Assembly (NCBI RefSeq): GCF_009914755.1
Contig: NC_060933.1
Reading direction: 5' to 3' (one strand)
DNA: 64,000 nt
DNA from: the human T2T-CHM13v2.0 reference genome, Homo sapiens
A model generated the notes under the pieces. It was given only the letters and a program-made list of their open reading frames with translations, was not told the DNA's origin and did no database searches. This document shows positions 32,765 to 64,000 of the stretch, piece after piece; position 1 is the first letter of the stretch; each line of letters opens with the position of its first letter. Position numbers and translations under genes: made by a program.

Positions 32765-34054
32765 GTTATATCTGCATCTGGTAGAACTTTCAAAACCTGC
32801 CTTCTTCATGGAGTAAATTCAGTTAGTCAATTCTGTTTTAAACATTAACTGTAAAATTATCCTCTCTGGCTAAACAGGTTTTAATTTATAACTCACAGTT
32901 AGTGACATACTAAAAAAACGCAATTACTACTAAATGAAAAGTTCATTCATATGGACTTTATTTATTCAGCATGGAATAATTTCCCCCTGTGAACATTCTG
33001 TTGATTTGTAGGAAAAATGAATTAATTCAAAGATGAGGAGTATATGAAGTGTAAGAATTTGTCAAGTACCTCTCATTCTTGACCTTGAGATTTGAATTCT
33101 TGGCACACAGCTGGGACTGCATTTACATCTCAACACCAGCTCCAGAACCCCACTCTGTAGTCGTGGGAAGGGTAGTTGGGAAGGTTTCTGGCCATTTGCT
33201 CACTTAATATAATCCCAAGTTGCTCAGCTAACTAGCCAGGGAGCTCAGCTCTCTCTGAGTTAAGGGGTAATGTCCCATGGGCCCACACTGTGAGTGACAA
33301 CAGCTGTCAGCTCAACTGTGATGCAAGTGTGATTTTCTTCACTTGTATGACATTATTTTGATACCTTGTTAATTACTCACAAAATATGATCCATTTGCAG
33401 TGTTTCTGTTATGAGATATATATTGTGAGGCTGCCTCTTTTCAGAGATGATCCATGTTGCCTGCTTTGTGCATGTAGCTCCCAAAGTACAAAACTATTGT
33501 TTTTACTGTTATAGGCTGTTTTGTTTTAACCTTAAAGTCCCAAGAGTTACATTGGTGCCTAACTTGGTCTCTAAGATCCCACATTTTAAAAAGCCCTCCA
33601 AATTGTACCCCAAAGTTACTTGTAAACATGCTCAACTAAGCATGTATGTGTGAGCCACACTTAAACTTCAGCCATGATGTGTACAATAATCATTGCAGAT
33701 AAGGATTTTAAGAAAGCACTTTTAAATCATTTTCAAATAGGGCTACAAATAAAGGCTATTTACTATTTCATTCCCAAATTCAGTAACGTAGAAGACTAGC
33801 TCCTCTGAGATTATTTTGAAAACCTGAATTTTATAAAGCAATAAAATTAGAAAACTTTGGGGACACAAAATGACATCCTACAGAGTTAAAATTAAAGACC
33901 TTTGCTGTTCCCTTTACATAAAGTTTTGAAAACCTGAAAATACTGAAAATTCACTTTTAAGTATCCTGAAAACAGGCCTGTAAGCATCTATCAGCCTTTC
34001 TTTGTTGTTGTTAACAAACAAACAAACAAACAAACAAACAAACAAAAATCTAAT

Positions 34055-34417
34055 TGTATTAGTCTGTTCTCATGCTGCTAATAAAGATATACCCAAGACT
34101 GGGTAATTATAAAGAAAAAAGGCTTAATGGATTCACAGTTCCACATGGCTGGGGAGGCCTCACAATGATAGCAGAAGGTGAAGGAGAAACAAGACACGTC
34201 TTACATGGCAGCATGCAAGAGAACCTGTGCAGGGAAACTCCCCTTTATAAAACCATCAGATCTCGTGAGACTTATTCACTATCATGAGAAAAGCCTGAGA
34301 AAGATCTGCCCGCATGATTCAGTTACCTCCCACAGGTTCCCTCCCATGACACGGTGGGAATTATGAGAACTACAATTTAAGATGAGATTTGGGTGGGGAC
34401 ACAGCCAAACCATATCA
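34055..34417 (+). mobile_element. THE1 (MaLR) solo LTR, complete
   Basis: tgtattagtctgttctcatgctgctaataaag...gggacacagccaaaccatatca; 5-bp TSD ctaat/ctaac. Confidence 0.9.
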
Positions 34418-34595
34418 CTAACTCACAAAGTAGAAACATATGTTACTCAAATACCAGACCTAAAAATCCTACTTAGGGACAGATAAGGGGTATGAAGTTA
34501 TCTTTTTTAGTCAAAATTTTAAGCTACGCAAAAAATAGCAATGGGCACTTTGGATGACAGAGTCACAAATAATGGATGTTTATGTTTGGATAGGT

Positions 34596-34896
34596 GTTTG
34601 TTTGTTTGTTTTTTTGAGACAGAGTCTCGCTCTATCGCCCAGGCTGGAGTGCAGTGGCACGATCTCGGCTCACTGCAAGCTCCGCCTCCTGGGTTCATGC
34701 CATTCTCGTGCCTCGGCCTCCTGAGTAGCTGGAACTACAGGCGCCCGCCACCACACCTGGCTAATTTTTTGTATTTTTAGTAAAGACGGGGTTTCACCGT
34801 GTTAGCCAGGATGGTCTCGATCTCCTGACCTCGTGATCCACCCGCGTCAGCCTCCCAAAGTGCTGGGATTACAGGCGTGAGCCACCACACCCGGCC
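34596..34896 (-). mobile_element. AluY
   Basis: Antisense Alu; TSD ggataggt. Confidence 0.92.
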
Positions 34897-36893
34897 AGGA
34901 TAGGTTTTAACTTCTTAATCACCTCTTACATCAAATTCCTATACTGTTTTAAGGTTTGCCCTGTATACCACATGGCAGAGCTTCCAGTGGAGTCCTGTGC
35001 TGCGTTCCAACTGGGGCTCCCTGAGCAGGGAGGCCTCCGTCACCTCCTCACCTGGCTGTGCTGACCAGGCTGCTGACCCCACTCCTGCCCTCCCTCTGCC
35101 ATCTTCCCCTCTGTTGGTCTTCTGCATGCTAGCTACTTCCTCTATTATTTGTAATACATGTAAATTTTTCACAATTGATGTTGTGTTTAGTTGAAGAAAA
35201 ATAGTGTATACATGTTGATAGTCTCTAGATCACTTAAATAGTTCTTATTTCCAAATATTTTGAACTAAAGTTATTCTCTCCCTGTTGATATCAAACAGCA
35301 GTGGTTTTTAATGTTTTTTAAAATTTGTGGAATCTTCAAGTCAGGTATGATCTTAAGATGCTCCATTATATTAAGAAGGAAGGGGAGGAGAGGGAGAAGG
35401 ATGTGGGGGAAGAGGAACAGCTGCTCTTTTAAAAATGGTATGAGGGTGGGCCCCCACCCCAGCCAACCTTGCCTGTCGCTCCAGCTCCCCCTCTTCTGAT
35501 CAGTTCACACAGGCTTTTCCATGCCTTGGCCTTTGAAATACTTGAAAAGTTGTGATTCTCATGGCCCCTAACTCTTCTCTGAATGCAGACTAAATGCTCA
35601 TTAACACCATGTAATTATGGAAGTCTTGGCCCTAAGCTGGTGGTGCAGTGCTGGAGAGCCAGGATAGGGGGCTGGGGGCATGGGGAGGGGAGGGAATGCT
35701 GCGGATTCTTCCCAGCCCCTCAGGTTCCCCTCAAAGGATCTCTCCCGAGGCCAAATACAGGCCCCTGGGGCTTTCTGTCAACTTCATACCCCAGTTCTCT
35801 GCTGGTCGTCCTTCCACCACAGCCAGGAGGCCTGTCACAACCTCCCGGCCCCTCTTCTGTTACTTCTCTGGGTCCCATGGTGAGGGGCACTTGGGTGCTC
35901 CCCGCCTCTGCCGCTCCAGCGTGGACTATGATGTCCCTCACGGCCTGGAAGGTCAGTGTCCTTTAGAATCTTCACTCTTTACCAGGTCCTTAGCTGTGTA
36001 CTCAGCAGTGGGAGACAGCGGCCAGAGGCTGAGATCCAACCCTGCTCAAGGCAGAGGTGGGTCATGGTATTCAGGCCAGGCCTCCAGAAGGTCACACTAC
36101 CTCTTGGTGACACTCTGTGTCAGGTGCTGGTCAGTTTCCATAGTGTACCCTGCTCCCTGTTCCCCTAACAATCCTGAGAGGCAGGCATGCTAGGCCCCCA
36201 ATATTATAGTGGGCGGCAGCAGATTCCAAGAATTCTGAAAGTGTGAGACCTCCAACTGTTCTTTTTCAAGATTGGCTGGTTCAGGGTCCCTTGAGGTTCC
36301 CTATGAATTTTAGGATGGATTTTTGTTTTCTGCAAAAAAAGGCATTGGGATTTTAATAAGAATTGTATTGAATTTGTAGATTGCTTTGGGTCATATTGAC
36401 ATATTACCAGTGTTAAGATTGCTTAAAAAGCAATAACCGACTGCTTATTGCAAATCTAAAAGGTGACAAGATGACCTAAATTAAATGTTCTTCAAAATTT
36501 CTGAACCTCTGTCACTATGTGACTGAAGCTGTTCCTGTTTCTTTCTTCTCCCCTCTGTATCTTCCTCCCTGTTTCCCCTTCTTTCTTTTAAAAATGACCA
36601 CAATATAGTAACGGAGCATGCCATATTTCATAGTTTTATGTATGTAATTGGTTTTGCTAGCCACATGTCAAGTTATTGTGTCACTTGGGACAAAGAAAAA
36701 AAGAAATGTGTTGAAAATTCAGCTGTCTCAGAAACCTAATAATCAGCTGCATGCTAATGGATATATTTATCTAAAGTTTGTCAATATAATTAGAGAACCT
36801 TGATGGCAGACCCAGTAATCACGTCATGTGGGGTTATCTTGCGTATGCTGCTCTTTCACATTAACCTGTTTTTGGTTAACCTGTTTTTGGTAA

Positions 36894-37190
<297 letters not shown>

Positions 37191-37639
37191 TAGTTTACTT
37201 TTAATCCACCTTATTTAATACAAGGGTGTTGAGACAGTGCACAGAAATACGTGGTACACATAGGATTGAAAAAAGAAACTGGCAAGCAATGGGGAAATAA
37301 GTCTAGGAGAATCAGATATAGTAAAAGGTAGAAACTAAATTAAATTAAAAATGCATGATGTTAACAGCTTGTTCCATTACTTGAGTTGGACCATAATTTT
37401 AATTCTGAGAATCTTCTCAGTCAAAGAAAGGTGGAAAAACAACCCCTTGCCAGGCTGTCAATGTTGCATTTAAGGTATTTAAAGATTTTTTAACAATCAC
37501 TGGGATGATGCAATCATGGGATTGTACATGGCAAGATTTTTGAAGAGGTAATGGGATATCAGCTAGAAACTAGAGGACATTTAAGATCTCTTACAATGAC
37601 TGTGATTTTCTTTGGTGGTGGTGATGATGATTGTAAAGT

Positions 37640-38035
37640 GAATAATTGTAAAAGTATTAATGTATTGAGTACTTATGTCAGCCCTCTGCTATTGCTTTGC
37701 ATATATTAACTCATTTAACCCTAAAGCAGCTGGAAGAAAGTACTATTATCTTCATTGCAGAGTTGAGGACAGAAAGAGGTTAAGTAACTTGGCCCCCAGC
37801 TAGTTTGTGGGAAGATGAGGAGTTGAGCTAAGGAGGTTGGCTCCACAGCCTTGGCTCCAGGATGCCTGATTGGTGGTCCATGCACCAGCAGCACCCACAG
37901 CCCCTGGGAACCTGTTGCAAGTAAAGACTCTCAGGCCTTACCCAAACCTACTAAATCAGAATCGCTGGAGATGGGGCCCCGAGTCTCTTGTAACCAACCT
38001 TCCTCATGCTTCTGGTAGACATTTAAGTGTAAGAA
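37640..38035. mobile_element. MIR followed by a MER5A-like fragment
   Basis: tattaactcatttaaccct...tactattatc...gaggttaagtaacttg (MIR core); ctcaggccttacccaaacctactaaatcagaatc (MER5A). Confidence 0.65.
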
Positions 38036-38547
38036 CAATGTCTAAGGGATGGCATATTCTAACACTTCTCAACTGCCTCTGCCATATTAAAAATCATCTG
38101 TCTTTACTGAAGAATCACCCTCTGTGAATTTCAAAGGCCATGCCGTTTTATTGACCTCTAACCTGTTATAATTAGAACATCACAGAATCTGAAAAGCCTT
38201 TTTTTTCTTATTTGTTTTTAACTTTTAGAGTTTTCTTTCTGTATATCTCTACTGACGTTTCTGAGCAACTTCTCCTCAGGAATATTTCGCCCATCCCTGG
38301 GTCTTCAAGGAAACAGAGATGCAAAGTCCTCAGTTCCACTTGCTCATCCTGAGTTCCTAATTGAAACTTTTAAGAACTCTTCCGTGAGACATTTGATTTT
38401 CACAAAAGCCACAGGAGAAAGGCAGGCTGTGGAGTGTTAAAACCACACTTCATACTTGCAATGAGAATTCTGCGCTCCCAGTCCTGAGGTTCTGTAAAGG
38501 ATCTGGGCAAAAGAGGAGACAGTCCAGGAGTGACTCTCACAGATTGA

Positions 38548-39070
<523 letters not shown>

Positions 39071-40529
39071 TAATCTTGTGTGTTACCTGGAAAATTTATA
39101 TCTGCCACCACACTCAGCATTGTCTGATTGCATTTAATATTGCAATTAATCAATGAGTTATATTAGTCCATGGTTATTCACTGCAATCAAAATATAACTC
39201 CAAAAACTTCTGAGGGAAAATATCAGGAGATTGAAAAAGTATTTCAAGTGTCAGTCTCATCTAATAATTGATGGCTATAGGTAGAAATTTGCCAAGCCCA
39301 CAGTCATTCACTGTGAGACTAGACTGCCACACCTAGTTGAATAGGTTATTTTGTATTTCTAATTGTATAACATGTATCAATTATGTGCAACTAATTAATT
39401 GTATATAATTATTAATTGTATATAACTCATTGTATATAATTAATTATACAATTAAAATCAATTGTATTCAATTAATATATACTATACATTAATACATGTA
39501 TACATTATCATTTAAAAAGCCAAACAGTTCACATAAAGCACAAGTTCTAGTCACTTTCCTCAATATTTGTCTCCATTCCAAACCTAGTCTGTGCCCTATA
39601 TTTAAGTATTGTTATTAATTTGAGTGAATCCCACCAGACATATACAAATATATGTATCTATTTAAATCAATATGCCATAAGTGGCAAAAAAATAAAGATT
39701 AGCAATGTCCATCTCCTGCAGATATTAATTCCATACCTTGTACTTGGTAAAACATTTACTTGCACAAATGAAAATACTCAATTATGCTAGAGTAAATTTA
39801 CATTATATAGGGATGTCTTTCAAAAAAGTTTCTCTCCTGTTTTGAATTTCGGCTGTCTTGAATTGTCACTTGCAAAATACTTAGGGATGTTTCTTTTTTA
39901 AATCAGCTTTAATTATTTTTTAATGACGAGAAGTTGATAGCTTATAAATTCCATTTATCTCTTTAAAATGCTCATTCATATTGTTTTAAAGGAAGCAAAG
40001 GGTATAACTGCCGCATAGCTTAAGAAAAACTTTACAGAATGCTTATGGGAAAATACCAGATTATTTAGGCATTTTAATGTGCTTAGGTATTCAGTTATTA
40101 CAGGGAGAATGAGGGTTTCTTCCTTAATTATAGAGTTTAATTCTGAGGTATAGTTGCCATGAGTTTGGAAAGAACCATGCTTCAATAGCACGCAGAATTC
40201 AGATTCACAAAGTTTTCCTCTCGTATCTCTTCAAGTGTTTTACACTGTGCTTCAGAGTTTGCATGCTTTCTTGCCTAAAAGCAAAAGAAAACATTTATGT
40301 AGAGAAAGTACAGTCTCTAGACATTGCCAAAAGATTGTCTATTGAAGATAGTATCGCATTCCCACTGTAAGCACATCTTCATGTTTGAACACCAACACAA
40401 TCTTTCCTTCTTCCTCAAAATAGAAATACACTGTGACCGAATATTTATTCAGCATCTAACAACATCCAACCTTTGAATGTATTTTGACTAGGTAATTTTT
40501 TTCTCCTTTGTTAATAAAAATAGATTTAA

Positions 40530-40892
<363 letters not shown>

Positions 40893-41295
40893 TAAAACAT
40901 GCAGTTTGATAGTGTGTACTTGCTAAGTAGAAGCATTAAATATGTATTTATTAATTTTGTTGTCAACAAAATTTTCTTGTATTTCTTCTTTGCCTGGATT
41001 GGATTATAGGCAAGATTCAATGCTCTGCCAAGGCATCTCTCTAGCTCCTACACTCCTCATAATACATCTGTTCATGTGCATCATGATAAAATACAAACCT
41101 CTGATTCGGTGATTTACATGCTTTTTGTATTTAGAAAAAACAGAGGTGTTTAAAAATGCTAAGAAATAACATAGATATGTTAATGTTCTATGTGCATCTT
41201 AAATAATTTAGTGATTTTTATGTCATATAATTTTTTCATAACCAAAGAAACTTGATTATTTCTCGTGCTTTAGATATTAGAAATGAACACTGCTT

Positions 41296-41664
<369 letters not shown>

Positions 41665-42379
41665 TTACAGAAATTTGTTGTCACCTAGCTCTTCCAACTC
41701 TCTGCAAAGTGGAAATCTGGAATAAACTGTTCTCATTTATTGTGCTGACAAAAGGTTTCAAAAGTTTCATAAATTTGGACAATAACCAAATGGGTCAGCA
41801 AGCATCAAGGAAAAAGAAAAAAATAACTGAAATTACATGGGCATTTAAAGTGCCTTAGCAAAGATTGTCAAAAAATAGTAAAACTTTACAGGGGATGTTC
41901 AGAAGATTCAGAGCCACCTGCACAGCAATGTGCTGAAGATAAAGAAACACAGGCGTTCTGCCATAAGATACCAATTACCTCCAAAATCCCGACTCAAACA
42001 ATGAAAGCAAAGTGAGAAATCCCATAAAAATGGTCTTGGTGGATATCAAAAGACTCAACCAAAGTCACAACCAGGAAGGACCTTGGTTGTCATCATTTTA
42101 AGATGAGGAAACCAAGGCTCAGAAAAGTTGGTTAGGGAAGTATCTACTGACAAAATCTAGCTAATGATAGGGGAATCACTAAACTCTGGTCTCTTTTCTG
42201 CCCTAGAAAATGTCACCTTCTCTTTAGATGCCGCATTGCTCTATAGCCAGTAATAAATTCTCTAGTTGTACAAATCAAGCAATAATGATTATAAAATGTG
42301 CAATTTCAAACTACTCTAATAGCTTGAAATGTATATATCGTAATAACCTTCAAAAAGCAGTTGCTTCAGAGCTTGGAAG

Positions 42380-44950
<2,571 letters not shown>

Positions 44951-45087
44951 AAAAGAGATAACCTTAATATGTATGCTCCTGACAACAGAACACAGTGGAT
45001 CTTATTTTCTTTTTTCTTCTGGGACATATAGGAATGGGTATACCAGATGCTGGGGATTTCATATGATATACTGAGTAAATTTTAAGT

Positions 45088-45772
<685 letters not shown>

Positions 45773-46559
45773 CTGTTAATTCCAATCAAAATCATGAAGT
45801 TAAATTAGCTTAATTTTCAAAGTTGGATATTTATTTGAGCAACAGGAGTGGAACAGGGATCAACGTGTTACAGTTACCCTCTTTCTGGGCTGGTGAGACG
45901 GCCTCCAGTGTGTTCTGACTCAGCCACACCTCTGAACCCCTTTCCACATTTAGCCACTGTTATAATTAATCTACTCAGGTCCAATTCACTTGAGCCCAGG
46001 AGGTCGAGGCTGCAGTAAACTATGAAGGTGCCACTGCACTCCAAGCTGGGCAACAGAGGGAGACCCTATCTCTAATAAAAAAGAAAAAGAAAAATATAAG
46101 GGTTATATTAGATGCTCTTTAAGATCCTTTCCAGTTCCAATATGCTTATAATCAATTGAAATAAGTTACGAGCAATTAGGGAAACCACAATGGTCTGTGT
46201 CCTTCTTTGGGTCTTTTACTACTGATATTATAAGGAGAAGTGAGTCAAGTGGAATTTTATAAACACAAATGCATATCCTATAATGTCCCTGGTTACTATT
46301 CTACTCTTCAGAAAAACAAGTTTTACAGATGTATTCTCAACAGTTCCCTTCTCAGTACTGAGGGCATTTCTGTGATTACATCTTAACCATGGGTGACTGC
46401 AAATCTATCATACTGCCCACCAGCCTATGTGAACTACTCCGGACCATCATTTCTCTCCCATTGTACAACAAATCATGAACACATGGCCAAAAATGGCATG
46501 TGGTTGATCATCTTCAATGCCCAACTTAGTGTTCCATAGGTTTTTCTATATTTGATTCA

Positions 46560-46945
<386 letters not shown>

Positions 46946-48189
46946 ATCTAAAATAAAAAAATAGAGCAATATTAAAGGAAGAACCCATGGAATTGAAATT
47001 ACCATAGGCACACTTAGAGCCTCCTTTGGTGAGTACAGTGAGTGGAGTGATAATTTAATTTAAAATTGCATTCGTTATTTAAATTTGCAGATTTTTTTCT
47101 GTACTTGTGGCTCATTTGTGGATATCACACCTTTGCTCTCCATGGGTTCTGTGACTAAAGAGATATTTCAGTAGCATGGCTGGTTTTCTTTTCCTTCTTT
47201 CCTCTGATCTCTGTTGTTAGGCATGTGTAAGTAACAGTAAGGCTGTGAAATTTGTCTTACGCACAAGCCATTTAGCCATTTAGCAGCCAAGCCATGAAAA
47301 ATCCTGAGATGTGAAGGGCTGGGAGGGTGATTTCTCAAGGTAAAATGTATCACATTGTTTTGTTTCGTAGTTCTTAAAAAATCCCCATACAAATGTTTCT
47401 TCGTTTCTCCAGTTCGGAAAATTTTTATGTAAAATGTCCATTATTCTAAATATATCTTATTAGAGGTTAAAGGACCAGACAGCACCAGCATAGTAGAATT
47501 AAAGTGACTTCAAGTCTGGTGGGAGGTCCATTGTTGGGAACACTAAAGAACTCAAGATGCACTTCTTCCCTTTTGAGATTGTGGAGTCATTTTGTTTTTA
47601 TTTCATCAAAACAATATAAGTAATCAAGTGACAGAGATACATCAGAAATGATGTCAGCAGGCAGTCAGATGCTCAGGGTCACCGCCTGGAAAGTGCTGTT
47701 AGAAGCTCAAGGCCTCTGATTCCTCTGGGCTTGGTCACTGATGGAGAAGCTGACATAATTAAACCACTTTATTTTAATAGAGCTGCTTCCTATCATACCT
47801 GTGAGTATGTGCGTCACAACGTCCCAATATGTATCTTTTATAAATTTATTCGATAATGAAAGAAATAGAGGCACATACAGATGAGGAAAATGCAGATGAG
47901 TTTAAAAAGATAAAGGTCCAGGTAGTAACAGTTTGGCCCCATGCTTGTGTTGATATAAAAAAATGGTTTTAACAACTAAAAAGTCATTGCTTACATGATA
48001 CATTTTTAGGCGTGACGTCGCAAAAGTTTGGTCATCAGTTCTTCCAATATGCTTTCTCTTAGAGGCTGAGTTCTGGCTCAGTACATTGTTACACAGGTCC
48101 AACTCCTCAAATCGCGGCAAACATGCAGTAATGTAAATTTCAATTAAACGTTAATTCACATAAAAGACAGGTCTGCTTTGCCTCTTGCT

Positions 48190-48560
<371 letters not shown>

Positions 48561-49559
48561 CCCTGACCGCTCTCTCCTTCTCTTCGCGCTCTTGGTTGGA
48601 CCAAAGAGCATTCAAGAGCGCCTTCCTGACCATTGAGAGACGTTCAGCGCGTTCATATGCAGGACTAGTGACTTGTCCTTTCTTAATCAAGGGAAATTTT
48701 GCTAATAACTTATGCCTTAGCTTTCCGTTCACACTGAGGAGATAATGGCTGTAGGGCAGGCTGGGTCTAACAGTTCTTCATGAAGACCAGTGGGAACCGG
48801 TAACCTCCTTACTCTTCTCAAAGTCTTCCTCTAAATCTACTTGGAACCTTTGTTTCCTCCCTTTAGATTAACTGAATATGCCCTTCCTCAGCCCCGCCAC
48901 TTTCACTGTGGTCTAGGATGAAATAATGACTAGGGTTATTAAAACCTTTTGTCAGTGGGTGTCTCATTTTTTTGAAATTATATCTTGAGAAATGTATACC
49001 TTAATCTTCATATATGGAAGTAATGTTTTGGAAACTCTGCCTGCATCAAAACCGTCTTCTCCTAAGTTAAAGACCAACTTCCCCCTCCTTTCCAGAATCC
49101 CCACAGTCCCCTGCAGGACTCACCGCTGCTCTCCAACAGTTTCCATATAGTTTCTTGAAAGCACTTTATTGCTAATTATAGTTAAATACTGAAATTTGCC
49201 TTTCATTTTTTTAGTTTTAGCAATCCCAAATAGTATATAGGTGGGAGGATCACTGGAGCCCAGGAAGTCCAGGCTGCAGTGAGCTGTGATTGCTTCACTG
49301 CCTCCAGCTTGGGCAGCAGAGCAACACCTTGTCTTAAAAAAACAAAAACAGTGTATGTCGGTAGCATAATAAAGCCACTTAAATTAAATTTCACTCTTAA
49401 ATTTTCAATACAAAATCTTTAAGTTGGAAAGTGGTGTATGACTGTCATCTGAAGGTGGTTTGCGCTGATCCACTAACCCATACCTGCATTGCCTTCCCTA
49501 ATCCGTCTGGCCAATCAGCCCCTGGAATATGCCAGACCATTTCCTCTGCCTGGATTGGC

Positions 49560-49831
49560 CTCTCTGTCACCCAGGCTGGAGTGCAGTGGCACGATCTTTG
49601 CTCACTGCAACCCCCTCCCCTCCCGGATTCAAGCGATTCTCCTGCCTCAGCCTCCCGAATAGCTGAGAATACAGGCAGGTGCCGCCACACCCGGCTAATT
49701 TTTGTATTTTTAGTAGAGACGGGGTTTCACCGTGTTGGTCAGGCTGTTCTTGAACTCCTGACCTCAGGTGATCCGCCCGCCTCAGCCTCCCAAAGTGTTG
49801 GGATTACAGGCGTGAGCCACCGCGCCTGGCC
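49560..49831 (-). mobile_element. AluS lacking its 3' end and poly-A
   Basis: Begins abruptly at ctctctgtcacccaggctgg. Confidence 0.85.
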
Positions 49832-50379
49832 CTCACACTCTTAAATCTTACCCACTGTGCTAGACCTGTGCAGTCGGCATCTGGGTCCCTTCCCAGGGTG
49901 ATCCCTCTCTCCCCTGGATGCCTGCCAGCCAATTTGGTCTAGTAGAAAGAGCAAAGGTCTGGTTGCATTCAAAGTTTGAAGTTCAAGTGCTAAGTCTGTC
50001 ACTTAGCAGTTGTGGAAGTTTAGGCCATTCCTTAATCTTTTTCAGACTTTGTTTCCTCTTTGATGAAATGGACCCTGTAGTACTGATCTCATGGGGTTTC
50101 TTTTATAAATGAGATATCTTACATAAGTTCAGTAAGTAAGAAACTCTCCTTCCCAGTTCTCCAGTTTTTTAAAGTTGGCATTACAAAACTTAATTATTTG
50201 TTAGTTCATTGCTGTTGAATGAAGTGTAGCCTTGGCTTTGGAATTGTTTAAAAAAAAAATCCCCAGGTGATCTTTTGGAAACTACTGGGCTAGGGGCTAA
50301 AATAACACAAGAAATGGAATATTCTACTCCCATCAGTGAGAATTTCCCTATTTCTCCTCTTTTGAAAAGATAATTTAAA

Positions 50380-61760
<11,381 letters not shown>

Positions 61761-63151
61761 AATAGCAGGGATAGACAAGTCTACAAGATCTTTTATCAGT
61801 CTAGAAGTTCACCCACTTACATCTTTTTGTTACTGTTTCTAAAAAAATACATTTTTACTACTTTATGGGGAATATGGGAGATTTAGATGTAAATTTACAC
61901 TTGTACATTAGGATATAATGAGTGTTTTGCTCTTTAATCTGCGACAGTTTAATGGTGAAGTCGGTAACTTTTAAAGTGGCATTCCGAGAAGAGTGTATTA
62001 ATTTTTAAAAATATCTTTTACGTTGTAGTGACAAGCTTTTAGCACATTTTTAAAAGATTCCTGGTACTAATCCCTCTTTAAATTTTCCCAGATTGCCTTT
62101 TTTTCGTTGTTTTTTTTGTTTTTTGGCAGAGGGGCAGGTGATAGATAGTGGTGGTGGTAATGAATGCAGAGATCTTATCTATGAATGAGTTATAATTGAG
62201 TTGTAATAAGCAGTAAGGTAGAAGCTAAGTTCCAGATCTCGATTCATATTCCAATGGTAACAACCTATTGAAATTTGAAAAACAGCACCACATGATCAAG
62301 CATGTTTAAAAAACTGGTTGAGTTAATCCAATTTCATTTTCCTCATGGCCTAATCTGTGATGACTGCAACTTGTGGCCTCTGACCCCTTTCCTTTTTTAA
62401 GATAGGTGGCCTGACACCTGCTTTTTAAATTATCCTAACTTTACTGTGATGTGCTGTCAGTCCATCACCCCAATCTTCACTCCCAACCCCTGGCAGCATC
62501 CCTTGTCCTAATATGCAGTTCTATAGATCTGAGTTAGTGTCTGACTCTATCATTTAATCATTGTCAGTGCTGAGAAGGAGGCGCACTCCTCAGAGCTGTA
62601 GTTGACCCAGGGCACTTTGTTTCTTTGCATGAGAAATCTCTAACCTCAGAGATGAGAAAAGCCTATCAATGTCATTCCTTAACCTCCAAATAAAGAGTCA
62701 GGACATCCAATGCAATAAAAACAAATACCTCCAAAAATTAGTAAGTACTGACAGAGAGTACGTGTATCTTTCCAAATGTGTAATATACAGGTAGTTAGCA
62801 AAAAGATGGGATGAGATAAATCAATGTCTTTGTATAATATTAAACTTTCTCAATGAACATTTCATAATTTCAAATAGATTTTATCTTTAGTGTGCAAATT
62901 ACTCTGGTATTTATTTTAATGGTGAATTTTTTTGAATGTTATTTCTATAGAAAGTATGTATCACATGCAACTGACTGATTTCTAATAGAAGAAAAATAGA
63001 TGGAATCATTTAAGCCTAGATATTGAAATATTGGGGGAAAAACATTGGTTAGGCTTAAAGAAACATTTCAGAGGTAAAATACAAGTGTTTAAGTATAGTT
63101 TCATTTTCTCTCTCTCTGCCTCTCACACATACACTTTACACCTGGGAGTAA

Positions 63152-63379
<228 letters not shown>

Positions 63380-64000
63380 TGATTTCCACATGATTTCCCT
63401 GCACAAAAATGTGGTTTTTATTCTTTAATTATGCATAGTTAATTAAATGTCAGACAAGCTGGTACAATAAGGTAACTAGATTAAAGTATGTTCAAGCAAG
63501 CTGAAATACAAGTTTTGATGAAATATGATCAGTTAATCTAAGGATTAAATTTTATGACCAAAGATTTACTAATTCATTGTGAATACTATATAATGTGTTT
63601 TTTATTTTTCATAAAAGAGAAGCAGCTGTTAAGTTTTCCACTCACTGGAAATCAAATATCATTCTCTGCGAAGTTTAGTTAATTAATTAACGTAGTATTC
63701 ATGTGGCAATTCAAAAAGCAAATTCCTCCAAATCTTTGTCTTAAATTGATTTGGGATATAATGCTGCATATTCTGTCTTTCTTTTAGAAATTAACATTAA
63801 CACAAGAAACTCTGAGAGGTCCTGCATAAAAGGACTGTGTTTATTTTGTAGAAGCAACAATTTCCCACACTCATTGAAATCTTCAGTGCAATAGCAAAGC
63901 TTCAAGCACCAACTGTTCTGTAGACCATACTTTGAAACAACTAACATAGAATTTCCGGAATTTGAAAATTATTTTGTAAGCTTTCTTTTGAGCAGAAACA

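Overview
Human-type (primate) genomic DNA, mostly old L1, Alu and LTR repeats. It carries a + strand unprocessed pseudogene copy of CNTNAP3 (contactin-associated protein-like 3/Caspr3), a segmentally duplicated family from pericentromeric chr9. I recognised the gene from translated exons; exon numbers and reference residues come from my recollection of the CNTNAP3 protein and were not checked against a database. Present are the CpG-island promoter, exon 1 (signal peptide) and exons equivalent to 10-14. Three lesions are visible. (1) The exon-1 donor reads AT instead of GT (22752). (2) Exons 2-9 are missing, with a candidate breakpoint at ~29958 where an LTR, an Alu and a MER58 element are all cut off; the deletion is in frame. 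(3) There is an in-frame TGA in exon 13 (48389-48391). Further points of interest: a possible intronic-polyadenylation route in intron 12 that would bypass the stop; minus-strand exon-like blocks head-to-head with the promoter; an 80-bp locally templated insertion; a young AluYa5; and several rearranged Alus. Nearly all ORFs in the supplied track are Alu or L1 artefacts.
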